Part shown: positions 1-8,632 of the stretch, piece after piece
Numbering within the stretch: position 1 is the first letter of the stretch
Layout: each line of letters starts with the position of its first letter
Source of the DNA: an uncultured Rhodospirillaceae bacterium
GTDB taxonomy: Bacteria > Pseudomonadota > Alphaproteobacteria > UBA2966
Length of the DNA stretch: 64,000 nt
Assembly: GCA_964528595.1 (NCBI GenBank)
Contig: CAZGTM010000002.1
Coordinates: 31,646 to 95,645 of the forward strand
Reading direction: 5' to 3'
The notes under the pieces: model-generated
What the model saw: only the letters and a program-made list of their open reading frames with translations
Databases searched by the model: none
What the model was told of the DNA's origin: nothing
Translations under genes and position numbers: made by a program

Positions 1-1101
1 AAGCAATACGCCGTCGTAGGCGGCCGCTCGATCCTCAACCGGACCGTCGGACTGTTCGCCTGCCATGGTGACGTCGACGCTGTCCGCGTCGTGATCCACC
101 CGGATGACCGCCAGCTTTACGATGCGGCGGTGGCAGATTTTGATCTCATGGAGCCCGTCAACGGCGGGGCCAGCCGGCAACAGAGCGTGCGCTTGGGCCT
201 GGAAAGCCTGGCCGACGCGCCGCCCGACAAGGTTCTGATCCACGATGCCGCCCGCCCCTTTGCCGGCCGCGACGGCATTTCCCAAGTGATCGACGCCCTG
301 GATGAGGCGCCCGGCGCCATCCTGGGGCTGCCTGTGGTGGATACATTGAAGCGTCAAACGGACGCCGCCACCGTTTCGGCAACCGTGACCCGCGACGGAC
401 TGTGGCGGGCACAGACGCCGCAAGGCTTCCGTTTCGCCGATATCCTGGCGGCTCATCGTGACGTGGTGGGCCAAGACCTTACCGATGACGCCGCCGTGGC
501 GGAATCCGCCGGGCTTGTGGTCGCCTTGATCGCCGGTTTGGAGGATAACCTCAAGATCACGACGCAAGCCGATTTGGCGCGGGCAGAACGCATGATTCGA
601 GCGCAATTGAGCGACATCCGGACCGGCCAGGGCTTCGACGCTCACCGTTTTGCAGCCGACGCCCCCGAAGACGGCACGATCAAACTGGGGGGCATCGCCA
701 TCAGCCACGACCGTGCGCTTGCGGGCCATTCCGACGCCGACGTGGCGCTCCATGCCGTGACGGATGCCCTCTTGGGCGCGATCGGCGACCGCGACATCGG
801 CCATCATTTCCCGCCTTCGGACGAGAAATGGCAGGGTGCGTCATCCGACCAATTCGCCGGGTTCGCCGCGCGCCAGATCACAGAACGCGGCGGCCTCATC
901 GCTCACGTCGATCTGACACTCATCTGCGAACGCCCCAAGATCGGTCCGCACCGCGACGCCATGCGTCAACGTGTTGCAGAGATTCTGGCCATCCCGCTGG
1001 AACGGGTGAGCATCAAGGCCACGACCACTGAAAAGATGGGTTTCACCGGCCGCGGCGAAGGTATCGCGGCGCAGGCCGTCGCGACCGTGCGGTTGCCGTA
1101 G
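1..1101 (+). CDS. ispDF: Bifunctional 2-C-methyl-D-erythritol 4-phosphate cytidylyltransferase / 2-C-methyl-D-erythritol 2,4-cyclodiphosphate synthase (IspDF). The 5' end is truncated by the window edge.
   Basis: The reading frame is open from nt 1 and in frame with the track ORF 91..1101. The IspD part reads KVLIHDAARPF...QTPQGFRF. The IspF part reads FDAHRF...HSDADVALHAVTDALLGA with the SDAD and HxxxD motifs. Confidence 0.9.
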   Translation, partial: KQYAVVGGRSILNRTVGLFACHGDVDAVRVVIHPDDRQLYDAAVADFDLMEPVNGGASRQQSVRLGLESLADAPPDKVLIHDAARPFAGRDGISQVIDALDEAPGAILGLPVVDTLKRQTDAATVSATVTRDGLWRAQTPQGFRFADILAAHRDVVGQDLTDDAAVAESAGLVVALIAGLEDNLKITTQADLARAERMIRAQLSDIRTGQGFDAHRFAADAPEDGTIKLGGIAISHDRALAGHSDADVALHAVTDALLGAIGDRDIGHHFPPSDEKWQGASSDQFAGFAARQITERGGLIAHVDLTLICERPKIGPHRDAMRQRVAEILAIPLERVSIKATTTEKMGFTGRGEGIAAQAVATVRLP

Positions 1102-1116
1102 GTGCTGATCGTTTGG

Positions 1117-1521
1117 TCAGTCCGGCTCGGCCGGCCGTGGGCTCAAGCCGAGCCAGGATTCAGCTTCCGCCTGATCGGTAAAGACTTCGTACTGGGGCAT
1201 ATTCGGATCATGGTCGCTGTAGGCGACCAGCAATTTGCCCAGCATGATGTTGCCTTCGGAGGTAACCAAAAGCGCCGCCCGCGAGGCGCCCCTCGGTGTT
1301 TCGGAGTTCTGCATCCTTTCGGCCAATACTTTGAAGCCTTCGGCGGTCACCTTCATTTCCGTCACCGACCGGGCGTCGGTTAGCGTCGGCATGCCCACCT
1401 CAAGATCCGAATCGGCGTTCAGCCGGGCGATGCAGTCGATCATTTCCTCGTTGGTGAGGGTGCCCGAGGCCGTAAAAAGCACCATTTTTCGGTCGAGATC
1501 GATCTGATAGCTCATCGGCAT
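1117..1521 (-). CDS. Hypothetical small protein of 134 aa, possibly with a STAS/SpoIIAA-like fold
   Basis: This is a track ORF convergent with ispDF. It has no recognisable catalytic motif. The N-terminus MVLFTASGTLTNEEM weakly resembles SpoIIAA-like DUF proteins. An AT-rich putative promoter lies upstream at 1522-1636. Confidence 0.4.
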   Translation of the reverse strand: MPMSYQIDLDRKMVLFTASGTLTNEEMIDCIARLNADSDLEVGMPTLTDARSVTEMKVTAEGFKVLAERMQNSETPRGASRAALLVTSEGNIMLGKLLVAYSDHDPNMPQYEVFTDQAEAESWLGLSPRPAEPD

Positions 1522-1636
1522 GGATATTGGTCTCAGGCAAAATGAACAAAATATAACTTCGCGAAATTCGCTTCTCGAATAATTTTGTAACGAATTTTCA
1601 CTATCGCCACAATCGCCCGACGGTCCAAAAGATCAA

Positions 1637-2245
1637 TTATTCCGGCGTTGGCATCGTATCCTGCATTGATGGCCGAACCGCGAAACGTTCAAACCAGGCG
1701 GCAAGCGCCGGCCGTCCGACGCGCCATTTGCCCTCGGGCCAACGCCGGTCCGCATAGGCCAGCGAGCAGCCGATGGTCAGGCTCCCCAGGTCGATTTCAT
1801 CCGTTACGTGACCGGCTTTGAACTCACCCTCCATGGCATCGAAGGCGCGCCACGCTTCATCTTCCTTCTTGGAGATCCAGTTCGGCGACTGCTCACCGGC
1901 CGGCCGGCGCATTTCGTTGAATCTGAGGTTGAGGGCATCGATAACGCCGTGACCGAGTGCGTGATTGCGCAGGACCAACCACCGCGCCGCGCCGGGCGGC
2001 GGGAGCAGGCTGCTTCCCGAAATATGGTTCAGATATTCCATGATCACCCATGAATCGAACAGCACCGTGCCATCGTCGGTGATCAAGGTCGGAATTTGAC
2101 CCAGAGGATTGTCGGCATGCACATCCTCGATGACGGTCTGGGCCGTCGTCGTTAAAAGTTCAAGCTCGCCCAGCAGGCAACACTCGTGGGCCACCAGCAT
2201 GACTTTGTGGACGTAGGGCGAACTCTGAGCGTAGTGCAGCTTCAT
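1637..2245 (-). CDS. Glutathione S-transferase family protein
   Basis: The N-terminus MKLHYAQSSPYVHKV has a thioredoxin-like fold with the conserved Ser. The C-terminal half is an alpha-helical GST domain. The track ORF begins at a TTG. I place the start at the in-frame ATG, M3 at 2245, which has an AAGGA Shine-Dalgarno sequence 8 nt upstream. Confidence 0.85.
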   Translation of the reverse strand: MKLHYAQSSPYVHKVMLVAHECCLLGELELLTTTAQTVIEDVHADNPLGQIPTLITDDGTVLFDSWVIMEYLNHISGSSLLPPPGAARWLVLRNHALGHGVIDALNLRFNEMRRPAGEQSPNWISKKEDEAWRAFDAMEGEFKAGHVTDEIDLGSLTIGCSLAYADRRWPEGKWRVGRPALAAWFERFAVRPSMQDTMPTPE

Positions 2246-2287
2246 TAGCAATCCTTTATCTATCGCCCGAACCGGCCGTTGGTCTCG

Positions 2288-3145
2288 CTATCGGGGCGGA
2301 TCACCGTCGATGGTGACGCGGTGCAGCTCGCGGCGATGGCCGTGGTAGTCGTTCAGGGGATAATGCAGCGTGCAGCGGTTGTCCCAGATGGCCAGCGTCC
2401 CCGCCGTCCAGCGGAAGCGGCAGGTAAACTCCTCCCGGATGGCGTGGCCGTAGAGGAAATCCAGGATGGGTTCGCTCTCCTCGGCCGTCATGCCGTCGAA
2501 GCGGACCGCGTGGGCCTCGCTGACATAGAGCGACTTGCGGCCCGTTTCGGGATGGGTCCGGACCGCGGGATGGACGGCTTCACGGACCTCCATCTGATCG
2601 GCGTCGCGGCCTGTCATGGCGCCGTCCTCGAGATGGTCCATGCGCAGCGTATCTTTGTTCTTGGCGGCGCTGTTGACGACGCCGAGACCGCCCAGCAACG
2701 CCTTCATGCCGTCGGATAGCGCGTCGTAGGCCGCATACATGTTGGCCCACATGGTATCGCCGCCGACCGGCGGGACCTCCACGGCATAGAGCGCCGAGCC
2801 CAGCGATGGGGCCTCCAGGTAAGTCGTGTCGGTGTGCCAGATACCGCCGAAATTGGTGGTCTGGTGCGGTTCCTTGATGATGGCGATGACGTCGGGATGG
2901 CCTTCAAGCGCTTCGGCGAAGGGATAATTGCCGATCGGCCCGAAGCGCGCGGCGAATTCGACCTCGTTGCCCGGGGTCAGTTGCTGATCGCGAAAGAACA
3001 GGACCTGGTGATCGAGGAACGCCTGTTTGATTTCCCCCCAGACCGCGGCGTCGATAACGGAGGCCAGGTCAACGCCCGCCACCTCGGCTCCAAGCGCCGG
3101 CGCCAGCGGCGTAACTTCTATGTGCTCAAAGTTCTTATTCGTCAT
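2288..3145 (-). CDS. TauD/TfdA-family Fe(II)/alpha-ketoglutarate-dependent dioxygenase (taurine dioxygenase-like)
   Basis: WHTDTTY carries the H-x-D iron ligands. DTMWANMYAAYDALS and a C-terminal His/Arg are also present. The protein aligns with E. coli TauD from MTNKNFEHIEVTPL. The track start at 3283 is a GTG extension that would overlap the divergent peroxidase gene, so I shortened it to M47. Confidence 0.8.
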   Translation of the reverse strand: MTNKNFEHIEVTPLAPALGAEVAGVDLASVIDAAVWGEIKQAFLDHQVLFFRDQQLTPGNEVEFAARFGPIGNYPFAEALEGHPDVIAIIKEPHQTTNFGGIWHTDTTYLEAPSLGSALYAVEVPPVGGDTMWANMYAAYDALSDGMKALLGGLGVVNSAAKNKDTLRMDHLEDGAMTGRDADQMEVREAVHPAVRTHPETGRKSLYVSEAHAVRFDGMTAEESEPILDFLYGHAIREEFTCRFRWTAGTLAIWDNRCTLHYPLNDYHGHRRELHRVTIDGDPPR

Positions 3146-3232
3146 CAGAGGCAAACCCTTCGCCATTATCTTGCGCATCTCTTTGAGCTTCCGCAATATG
3201 GCTGATACGGCAGAACAATGGAATCCGAGGGC

Positions 3233-4114
3233 ATGCAGTCTCCACAGAAGGGCATTTTCGACGAAGGTGGCAAGTTTCACCACTATCTCGAATACAGCGT
3301 CAATGGCGCCGGCGATGTGTCGGATGTCCGCTCAGCGCTTGCGGCAGTTATTCGAGATGAGAATTATCAGGCGCCAAAAGCGGTCGTCGCCTTCGGCGCC
3401 GATTTATGGGGAAATCTAACGAGTGAAGCTGCGCCGGCGGGTCTGCGTGCATTCGAAACCCTCGGGGCGGCGCCGTCGACGCAGCGCGACATCTGGATTT
3501 GGCTGCAGGGGGACCGGCCCGACCTCAACCTCGATGCCGCCATGGCGGTGCACCGCCACGTTGGGGCCGATGCATCGCTGGACCTTGAACTCACCGGTTT
3601 CAGCTATCACGAAAATCGCGACCTGATCGGCTTTGTCGACGGCACGGCGAACCCCAAGGACCATGAGGCCAAGGAAGCGGCGGCGCTCATACCCAACGGC
3701 GACGGCGGCGCGTTTGTTCTAACGCAGAAATGGGTGCACGACCTGGATGCTTTCAACGCCTTGGCGGTTCCGGAACAGGAAGCCGTGGTGGGGCGGACCA
3801 AAGTGGACGATGTCGAACTGGAGGGTGATGACATGCCGGCCACCTCACACGTCAGCCGCACGGATGTGAGCGAAGACGGGGTCGGCCTCAAAATCTATCG
3901 GCGCAGCTCGCCTTTCGGCACGGTCGCGGAAAACGGTCTCTATTTCGTCGCCTTTGCCTGTGACATACACCGCTTCGACGTCCAGTTGCGGCGCATGTTC
4001 GGCCTGACCGAGGACGGTTTGCGCGACCAGCTAACCGAGTTCTCCAGCGCCGTCACCGGCGCCTACTGGTACGCACCCGGAGAGGCCGAACTCCGCAGCG
4101 CGTTGGGCCTTTGA
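3233..4114 (+). CDS. yfeX: Dye-decolorizing (DyP-type) peroxidase, YfeX-like
   Basis: The protein aligns end to end with E. coli YfeX. Matching segments include GIFDEG..., GFVDGTANP, VGRTK..DD.E...D.MP.TSH, GLYFVAFAC...FG and GAYWYAP. I placed the start at MQSPQKGIF, which corresponds to the YfeX N-terminus. Confidence 0.85.
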   Translation: MQSPQKGIFDEGGKFHHYLEYSVNGAGDVSDVRSALAAVIRDENYQAPKAVVAFGADLWGNLTSEAAPAGLRAFETLGAAPSTQRDIWIWLQGDRPDLNLDAAMAVHRHVGADASLDLELTGFSYHENRDLIGFVDGTANPKDHEAKEAAALIPNGDGGAFVLTQKWVHDLDAFNALAVPEQEAVVGRTKVDDVELEGDDMPATSHVSRTDVSEDGVGLKIYRRSSPFGTVAENGLYFVAFACDIHRFDVQLRRMFGLTEDGLRDQLTEFSSAVTGAYWYAPGEAELRSALGL

Positions 4115-4118
4115 CGTC

Positions 4119-4616
4119 GTGCCCATAATTACCCCCCTTCCCGGCGGTTTACGCCTTTGGCAGCCGGCGCCGCTGCTGGCGACCTGGTTCGGATCTGGGC
4201 TTTTACCCAAAAGCCCCGGTACCTGGGGCTCGTTGGCCGCCCTGCCCTTCGCCTGGGTCATCCAGACGTATGGGGGTAGTCTTGGACTAGTCGCTGCCGC
4301 TGCCCTTGCCTTCGCCATCGGTTGCTGGGCCAGCGGCATTTACATCGCGGCGGATGGGCATGGCGATCCCGGCGCGATCGTCATTGACGAGGTCGCGGGT
4401 CAATGGCTGACCCTGGCCGTGGCGCCCCTGAGCCTGAAAGCGTATGCCGTCGGTTTCGTGCTGTTCCGACTGTTCGACATCATCAAGCCCTGGCCTATCT
4501 CGGCTTTGGAGCGCGCCGCGCCGGGCGCCTTCGGCGTCATGATCGACGACATCGCCGCCGCCGTGTTCGCCGCCGTCCTGTTGATCGCCATCCATGCCTA
4601 TGTCCCGCTGATTTAG
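4119..4616 (+). CDS. pgpA: Phosphatidylglycerophosphatase A
   Basis: Motifs present are FGSGLLPKSPGTWGSLAALPF, IVIDEVAGQ, FRLFDIIKPWPI and GAFGVMIDDIAAAVFA. The gene uses a GTG start. Confidence 0.85.
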   Translation: MPIITPLPGGLRLWQPAPLLATWFGSGLLPKSPGTWGSLAALPFAWVIQTYGGSLGLVAAAALAFAIGCWASGIYIAADGHGDPGAIVIDEVAGQWLTLAVAPLSLKAYAVGFVLFRLFDIIKPWPISALERAAPGAFGVMIDDIAAAVFAAVLLIAIHAYVPLI

Positions 4617-4628
4617 GAACGTTTCGCT

Positions 4629-5138
4629 ATGTTTTCCGCTGAAATTACTTCGCGTGCCCAAAACGTGATCGACGAATGCACCCGGCGCGGCATCCGTCTG
4701 GCGCTGGCCGAATCCTGCACCGGCGGATTGATATCGGCGGCCCTGATCAACATTCCCGGCGCTTCCAACGTCGTCGACCGGGGTCTTGTGACCTACGCCA
4801 ACGCAGCCAAGATGGACTTGCTGGGCGTGCCGGCGGACGTTTTGGACCAACACGGCGCGGTCAGCGAGGAGGCGGCCCTGGCCATGGCCAAAGGGGCTTT
4901 GAGTGCGAAGAATGTCCAAGCGGCGGTGGCCGTCACGGGCATCGCCGGCCCCGCCGGCGGAACGCCGGAAAAACCGGTGGGGCGTGTGCACATCGCGGCG
5001 GCCCGCGAGGGTTTCCCCGTCCGTCACCGGAAATGCGACTTCGGCGACATCGGACGCGACGCCATCCGTTTCGACACCGTCTCTGCCGCACTCGACATGC
5101 TGCATGACCTGGTGTGCGCAGGTGCGGGTGGAGACTGA
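4629..5138 (+). CDS. pncC: Nicotinamide-nucleotide amidohydrolase (CinA C-terminal domain / PncC)
   Basis: Signature motifs are ESCTGG, VVDRGLVTYAN, LGVP, HGAVSEE, AVTGIAGPAGG and KPVG. An AGGAAC Shine-Dalgarno sequence lies upstream. Confidence 0.85.
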   Translation: MFSAEITSRAQNVIDECTRRGIRLALAESCTGGLISAALINIPGASNVVDRGLVTYANAAKMDLLGVPADVLDQHGAVSEEAALAMAKGALSAKNVQAAVAVTGIAGPAGGTPEKPVGRVHIAAAREGFPVRHRKCDFGDIGRDAIRFDTVSAALDMLHDLVCAGAGGD

Positions 5139-5847
5139 ACCACATACCCCGCTGCCGGTAATCACCGGGCGGCAGGTCGCCAGCGTCGTCATCGCAACCT
5201 TGCTGTTCATCGGCTTTGGTATCGCCGTCGGCAGCATCATTTTCGTGACGCCAATGTTGCTCGCCAAGGCAACCGAATTGCCCCGCCTCTACATCCTGCT
5301 GGTGGCGTCGGTTTTACAATGCGCCGCCATGGTCGGGGCGGTGTATTGGATCATCCTGAAGGGCGGCGGGTTGACCTGGCGCAGCTTCGGATTCGCCCCG
5401 CCGAGCAGAAAGCAATTCGTTGTCGCCATCGTACTCGGCGTTGCGCTTGTGCCTGTCATGGAAGGTATCGAGCGTCTGGCCGGGATTACCCTGGGCGACA
5501 CGATCGTCGGATGGCTGGCACCGGACGGCTTCACCTGGACCGGCTTGGTTGGCGGCGTGCTGCTGGTCGGCATCGCAACGCCGATCGCCGAAGAGGTGCT
5601 TTTCCGGGGCGTGATCTATGCCTGGATGCGCACGCGCTGGAGCATGACAACGGTATTGCTGCTGAACGGCGCACTGTTCGGCGTCATCCACCTGCAATAT
5701 CCGGCCCCCTACCTGATTTTGGTCGGCCTCCTAGGCATCGCCTTTGCCTTAGCCTATGAAAAAACAGGTTCGCTTTGGGTGCCCTCGCTGATGCACGCGG
5801 GTCACAATTCGGCTGTTATTATCGCGGTTTACTGGGCTTTGCCCTGA
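5128..5847 (+). CDS. CPBP-family (CAAX/Abi) intramembrane metalloprotease
   Basis: The protein has multiple transmembrane helices. It carries the EEVLFRG motif and the later FGVIHL and HAGHN His motifs. The start is ambiguous: ATG 5104, GTG 5122 and GTG 5128 are all in frame, and I chose 5128 because AGGTG lies 5 nt upstream. It overlaps the pncC end by 11 nt and the convergent ratA-like gene end by 19 nt. Confidence 0.7.
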   Translation: METEPHTPLPVITGRQVASVVIATLLFIGFGIAVGSIIFVTPMLLAKATELPRLYILLVASVLQCAAMVGAVYWIILKGGGLTWRSFGFAPPSRKQFVVAIVLGVALVPVMEGIERLAGITLGDTIVGWLAPDGFTWTGLVGGVLLVGIATPIAEEVLFRGVIYAWMRTRWSMTTVLLLNGALFGVIHLQYPAPYLILVGLLGIAFALAYEKTGSLWVPSLMHAGHNSAVIIAVYWALP

Positions 5848-6281
5848 GGTTCCCCATAGAGCGCATGCGCGCGTAATTCAAAAGCGTGAACCATGCGTTT
5901 GACAGCCTCGTTGAAGACCGCGCCGATGAGTTTTTGCATCAGGCGGGAGCGAAACTCGAAATCGACGTAGAAGTCGATGGCGCAGGTCCCGCCGTCTTCT
6001 TCGAGGAAGATCCAATGGTTGTTGAGGTAGCGGAACGGTCCGTCGAAATATTCGACGTCGACGCGATTGGGCGGGTCGAGCGACACCTTGGAGGTGAAGC
6101 GTTCGCGGAACAATTTGTAGCCGATTACCAGATCGGCAAGAACTTGTTCGTCGCTTTGCTGACGCACGCGGGCACCGACGCACCAGGGCAGGAATTCAGG
6201 ATAGCTGCCGACATCGGCTACCAGATCGAAAAGCTGTTCCCGCGAATACGGCAGGACGCGCTTTTCGGCATGAGTGGGCAT
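5829..6281 (-). CDS. ratA: SRPBCC-fold protein of the RatA/Coq10 family (type II toxin-antitoxin RatA-like, ribosome association)
   Basis: The protein aligns with E. coli RatA (YfjG) from MPTHAEKRVLPYSREQLFDLVADVGSYPEFLP. I therefore trimmed the track N-terminal extension and placed the start at 6281. Confidence 0.8.
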   Translation of the reverse strand: MPTHAEKRVLPYSREQLFDLVADVGSYPEFLPWCVGARVRQQSDEQVLADLVIGYKLFRERFTSKVSLDPPNRVDVEYFDGPFRYLNNHWIFLEEDGGTCAIDFYVDFEFRSRLMQKLIGAVFNEAVKRMVHAFELRAHALYGEPQGKAQ

Positions 6282-6294
6282 GTAAGTTCGGAAG

Positions 6295-7215
6295 CTAGGA
6301 TTTGGCCGGCAGGCCTTGGTCGCGGGCGGTACGGAGTTTTGCGAAATCATCGCCGGCAAAATAGGACGAACGCGTCAGCGGCGTCGACGAGACCATGAGG
6401 AAGCCCTTGGCCTTTGCCGCTTCAGCATAGGTTTCGAACTCGGCCGGGGTGACGAAACGCTCGACCGGCGCATGGCGCGGCGTCGGCTGCAGGTACTGGC
6501 CGATGGTGATAAAATCGATGTCGGCCGAACGCATATCGTCCATAACCTGCATGACTTCGCTTTTTTCTTCGCCCAGTCCGACCATGATGCCGGACTTGGT
6601 GAATTGCCCCGGATTGAGCTGCTTGGCGTCGGCCAGCAGCTTGAGGGAATGGAAATAGCGCGCACCGGGCCGGATGGTCGGATAGAGACGCGGCACGGTT
6701 TCCAAATTGTGGTTGAAGACGTCGGGCCCGGCGTCAACGACGGCCTCCAGCGCGCCGTCCTTACGCAGGAAATCGGGCGTCAGAACCTCGATCGTCGTGT
6801 CGGGCGTGAACTCGCGCAGTTCATCGATACAGGCAACGAACTGCCCCGCCCCGCCGTCCTGCAAATCATCCCGGTCCACCGAGGTGATGACAACATGGGT
6901 AAGCCCGAGGTTGGCAACCGCTTCGGCCAGATGGCGGGGTTCTTCCCGGTCCACCTGTCCCGGTTTGCCCGTTGCGACGTTGCAGAAGGCGCAGGCCCGG
7001 GTGCAGATGTCGCCGAGGATCATCATGGTGGCGTGACCGTGACTCCAGCACTCGCCGATGTTGGGACAGGCCGCTTCCTCGCAGACGGTGACCAGCTTCT
7101 GGTCGCGCATCAGCTTGCGCGTCGCCTGATATTCCTTAGACAGCGGCGCTTTGACGCGAATCCAGTCTGGTTTGCGCGCCGAGGCCGTCTGTTTGATGGG
7201 TTCCACCTTCGCCAT
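6295..7215 (-). CDS. lipA: Lipoyl synthase
   Basis: Three cysteine clusters are present: [12 protein letters not shown], the radical-SAM cluster CTRACAFC, and the downstream cluster. The full length matches LipA. Confidence 0.95.
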   Translation of the reverse strand: MAKVEPIKQTASARKPDWIRVKAPLSKEYQATRKLMRDQKLVTVCEEAACPNIGECWSHGHATMMILGDICTRACAFCNVATGKPGQVDREEPRHLAEAVANLGLTHVVITSVDRDDLQDGGAGQFVACIDELREFTPDTTIEVLTPDFLRKDGALEAVVDAGPDVFNHNLETVPRLYPTIRPGARYFHSLKLLADAKQLNPGQFTKSGIMVGLGEEKSEVMQVMDDMRSADIDFITIGQYLQPTPRHAPVERFVTPAEFETYAEAAKAKGFLMVSSTPLTRSSYFAGDDFAKLRTARDQGLPAKS

Positions 7216-7218
7216 GGC

Positions 7219-8622
7219 TTAGAAATGAATGACCCGGCCCAAGGAATCAAGCACCGATTCGTGCATGGCCTCCGACACGGTGGGATGCGGAAAGACGGTG
7301 TGGATCAGTTCGGCCTCCGTCGTTTCGAGGCCGCGGGCGATGGTGTAGCCCTGAATCATCTCCGTCACTTCCGGCCCGATCATGTGGGCGCCCAGCAACT
7401 CGCCGGTCTTGTCGTCGAACACGGTCTTGACCAGGCCGTCGGGTTCACCCAGCGCGATTGCCTTGCCGTTGCCCAGCATGGGGAAGCGCCCGACGCGGAC
7501 CTTGTGGCCCGCCTCCGTTGCGGCGGCTTCGGTCAGACCGACGCTGGCAACCTGGGGCGAACAATAAGTGCAGCCGGGAATGTTGGTGTTCTCGAAGGGG
7601 TGAACGCCCTCGACGCCGGCGATTTTCTCGACACAGACGATGCCTTCGTGGCTTGCCTTGTGGGCCAGCCAGGGCGGCCCGGCGACATCACCGATGGCAT
7701 AGACGCCCTTCACGTTGGTTTCGGCCCAGCCATTGACCACGACGTGGCCCCGGTCGACTTTCACGCCCGCTTCCTCCAGGCCGATGTTTTCGACGTTGCC
7801 GGTGATGCCCACGGCCATGATGACGCGTTCGGCGGTAACCTGGGAAGTTTTGCCGCCGCCGTGATCCAGTGTCGCCGTGACGCTCTTGGCTTTTTTGTCG
7901 AGCTTGGTGACGGTTGTGGCGGTGTGGATCTTCATGCCCTGCTTTTGGAAAGCCTTGTCGGCGAGGGCCGAAATCTCGGCATCCTCGACCGGCAGGATGC
8001 GGTCCAGAACCTCGACCACCGTGACCTCGGCGCCGATGGTGTTAAAGAAACTGGCGAACTCGATACCGATGGCGCCGGATCCAACGACGAGGAGCGACTT
8101 CGGCATGACGTCGGGCACCAGAGCGTGCATGTAATTCCATACGAGCTTGCCGTCCGCTTCCAGGCCCGGCAGATCGCGGGCGCGGGCGCCGGTGGCCAGG
8201 ATAATGTGCGGTGATGTAAAAGAGCCGACGGCCTTACCGTCCTTTTCGACGTCTAGCTTGCCCGGACCGGCGAGCTTGGCCCAGCCGTCGATGACCGTCA
8301 CTTTGTTCTTCTTCAGCAGATGCTGGACGCCGGCCGAAAGCTGTCCGGCCACGCCGCGGCTGCGCTTGACGATCTTATCCAGATCGAAGCGCGGGTTGTC
8401 CGCCGCCATGCCGAATTCGTCGAGCCGGTGCAGGGTGTGCCAGATTTCCGCCGAGCGCAGCAGCGCTTTGGTCGGGATGCAGCCCCAGTTGAGGCAGATG
8501 CCGCCGAGATGCCGGGCCTCGACCAAAGCGGTCTTCATGCCCAATTGCGCTGCTCGGATGGCGGCAACGTAGCCGCCCGGCCCGCCGCCCACGACGATCA
8601 GATCGAATTTGTTGTCAGCCAT
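7219..8622 (-). CDS. lpdA: Dihydrolipoyl dehydrogenase (E3)
   Basis: GGGPGGYVAA is the FAD-binding motif and CLNWGCIPTK is the redox disulfide. An NAD-binding motif and an HPT C-terminal motif are also present. Confidence 0.95.
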   Translation of the reverse strand: MADNKFDLIVVGGGPGGYVAAIRAAQLGMKTALVEARHLGGICLNWGCIPTKALLRSAEIWHTLHRLDEFGMAADNPRFDLDKIVKRSRGVAGQLSAGVQHLLKKNKVTVIDGWAKLAGPGKLDVEKDGKAVGSFTSPHIILATGARARDLPGLEADGKLVWNYMHALVPDVMPKSLLVVGSGAIGIEFASFFNTIGAEVTVVEVLDRILPVEDAEISALADKAFQKQGMKIHTATTVTKLDKKAKSVTATLDHGGGKTSQVTAERVIMAVGITGNVENIGLEEAGVKVDRGHVVVNGWAETNVKGVYAIGDVAGPPWLAHKASHEGIVCVEKIAGVEGVHPFENTNIPGCTYCSPQVASVGLTEAAATEAGHKVRVGRFPMLGNGKAIALGEPDGLVKTVFDDKTGELLGAHMIGPEVTEMIQGYTIARGLETTEAELIHTVFPHPTVSEAMHESVLDSLGRVIHF

Positions 8623-8632
8623 TAACCCGCCC

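Noticed and set aside
2288-3283. Track N-terminal extension of the TauD-like ORF
   Set aside because: The extension starts at a GTG and would overlap the divergent DyP peroxidase gene. Alignment to TauD supports the shorter start at 3145.
6316-8214. 632-aa ORF antisense to lipA/lpdA
   Set aside because: It overlaps two well-supported genes on the opposite strand along its whole length. Its composition is low-complexity and Arg/Gly-rich, typical of antisense frames in high-GC DNA.
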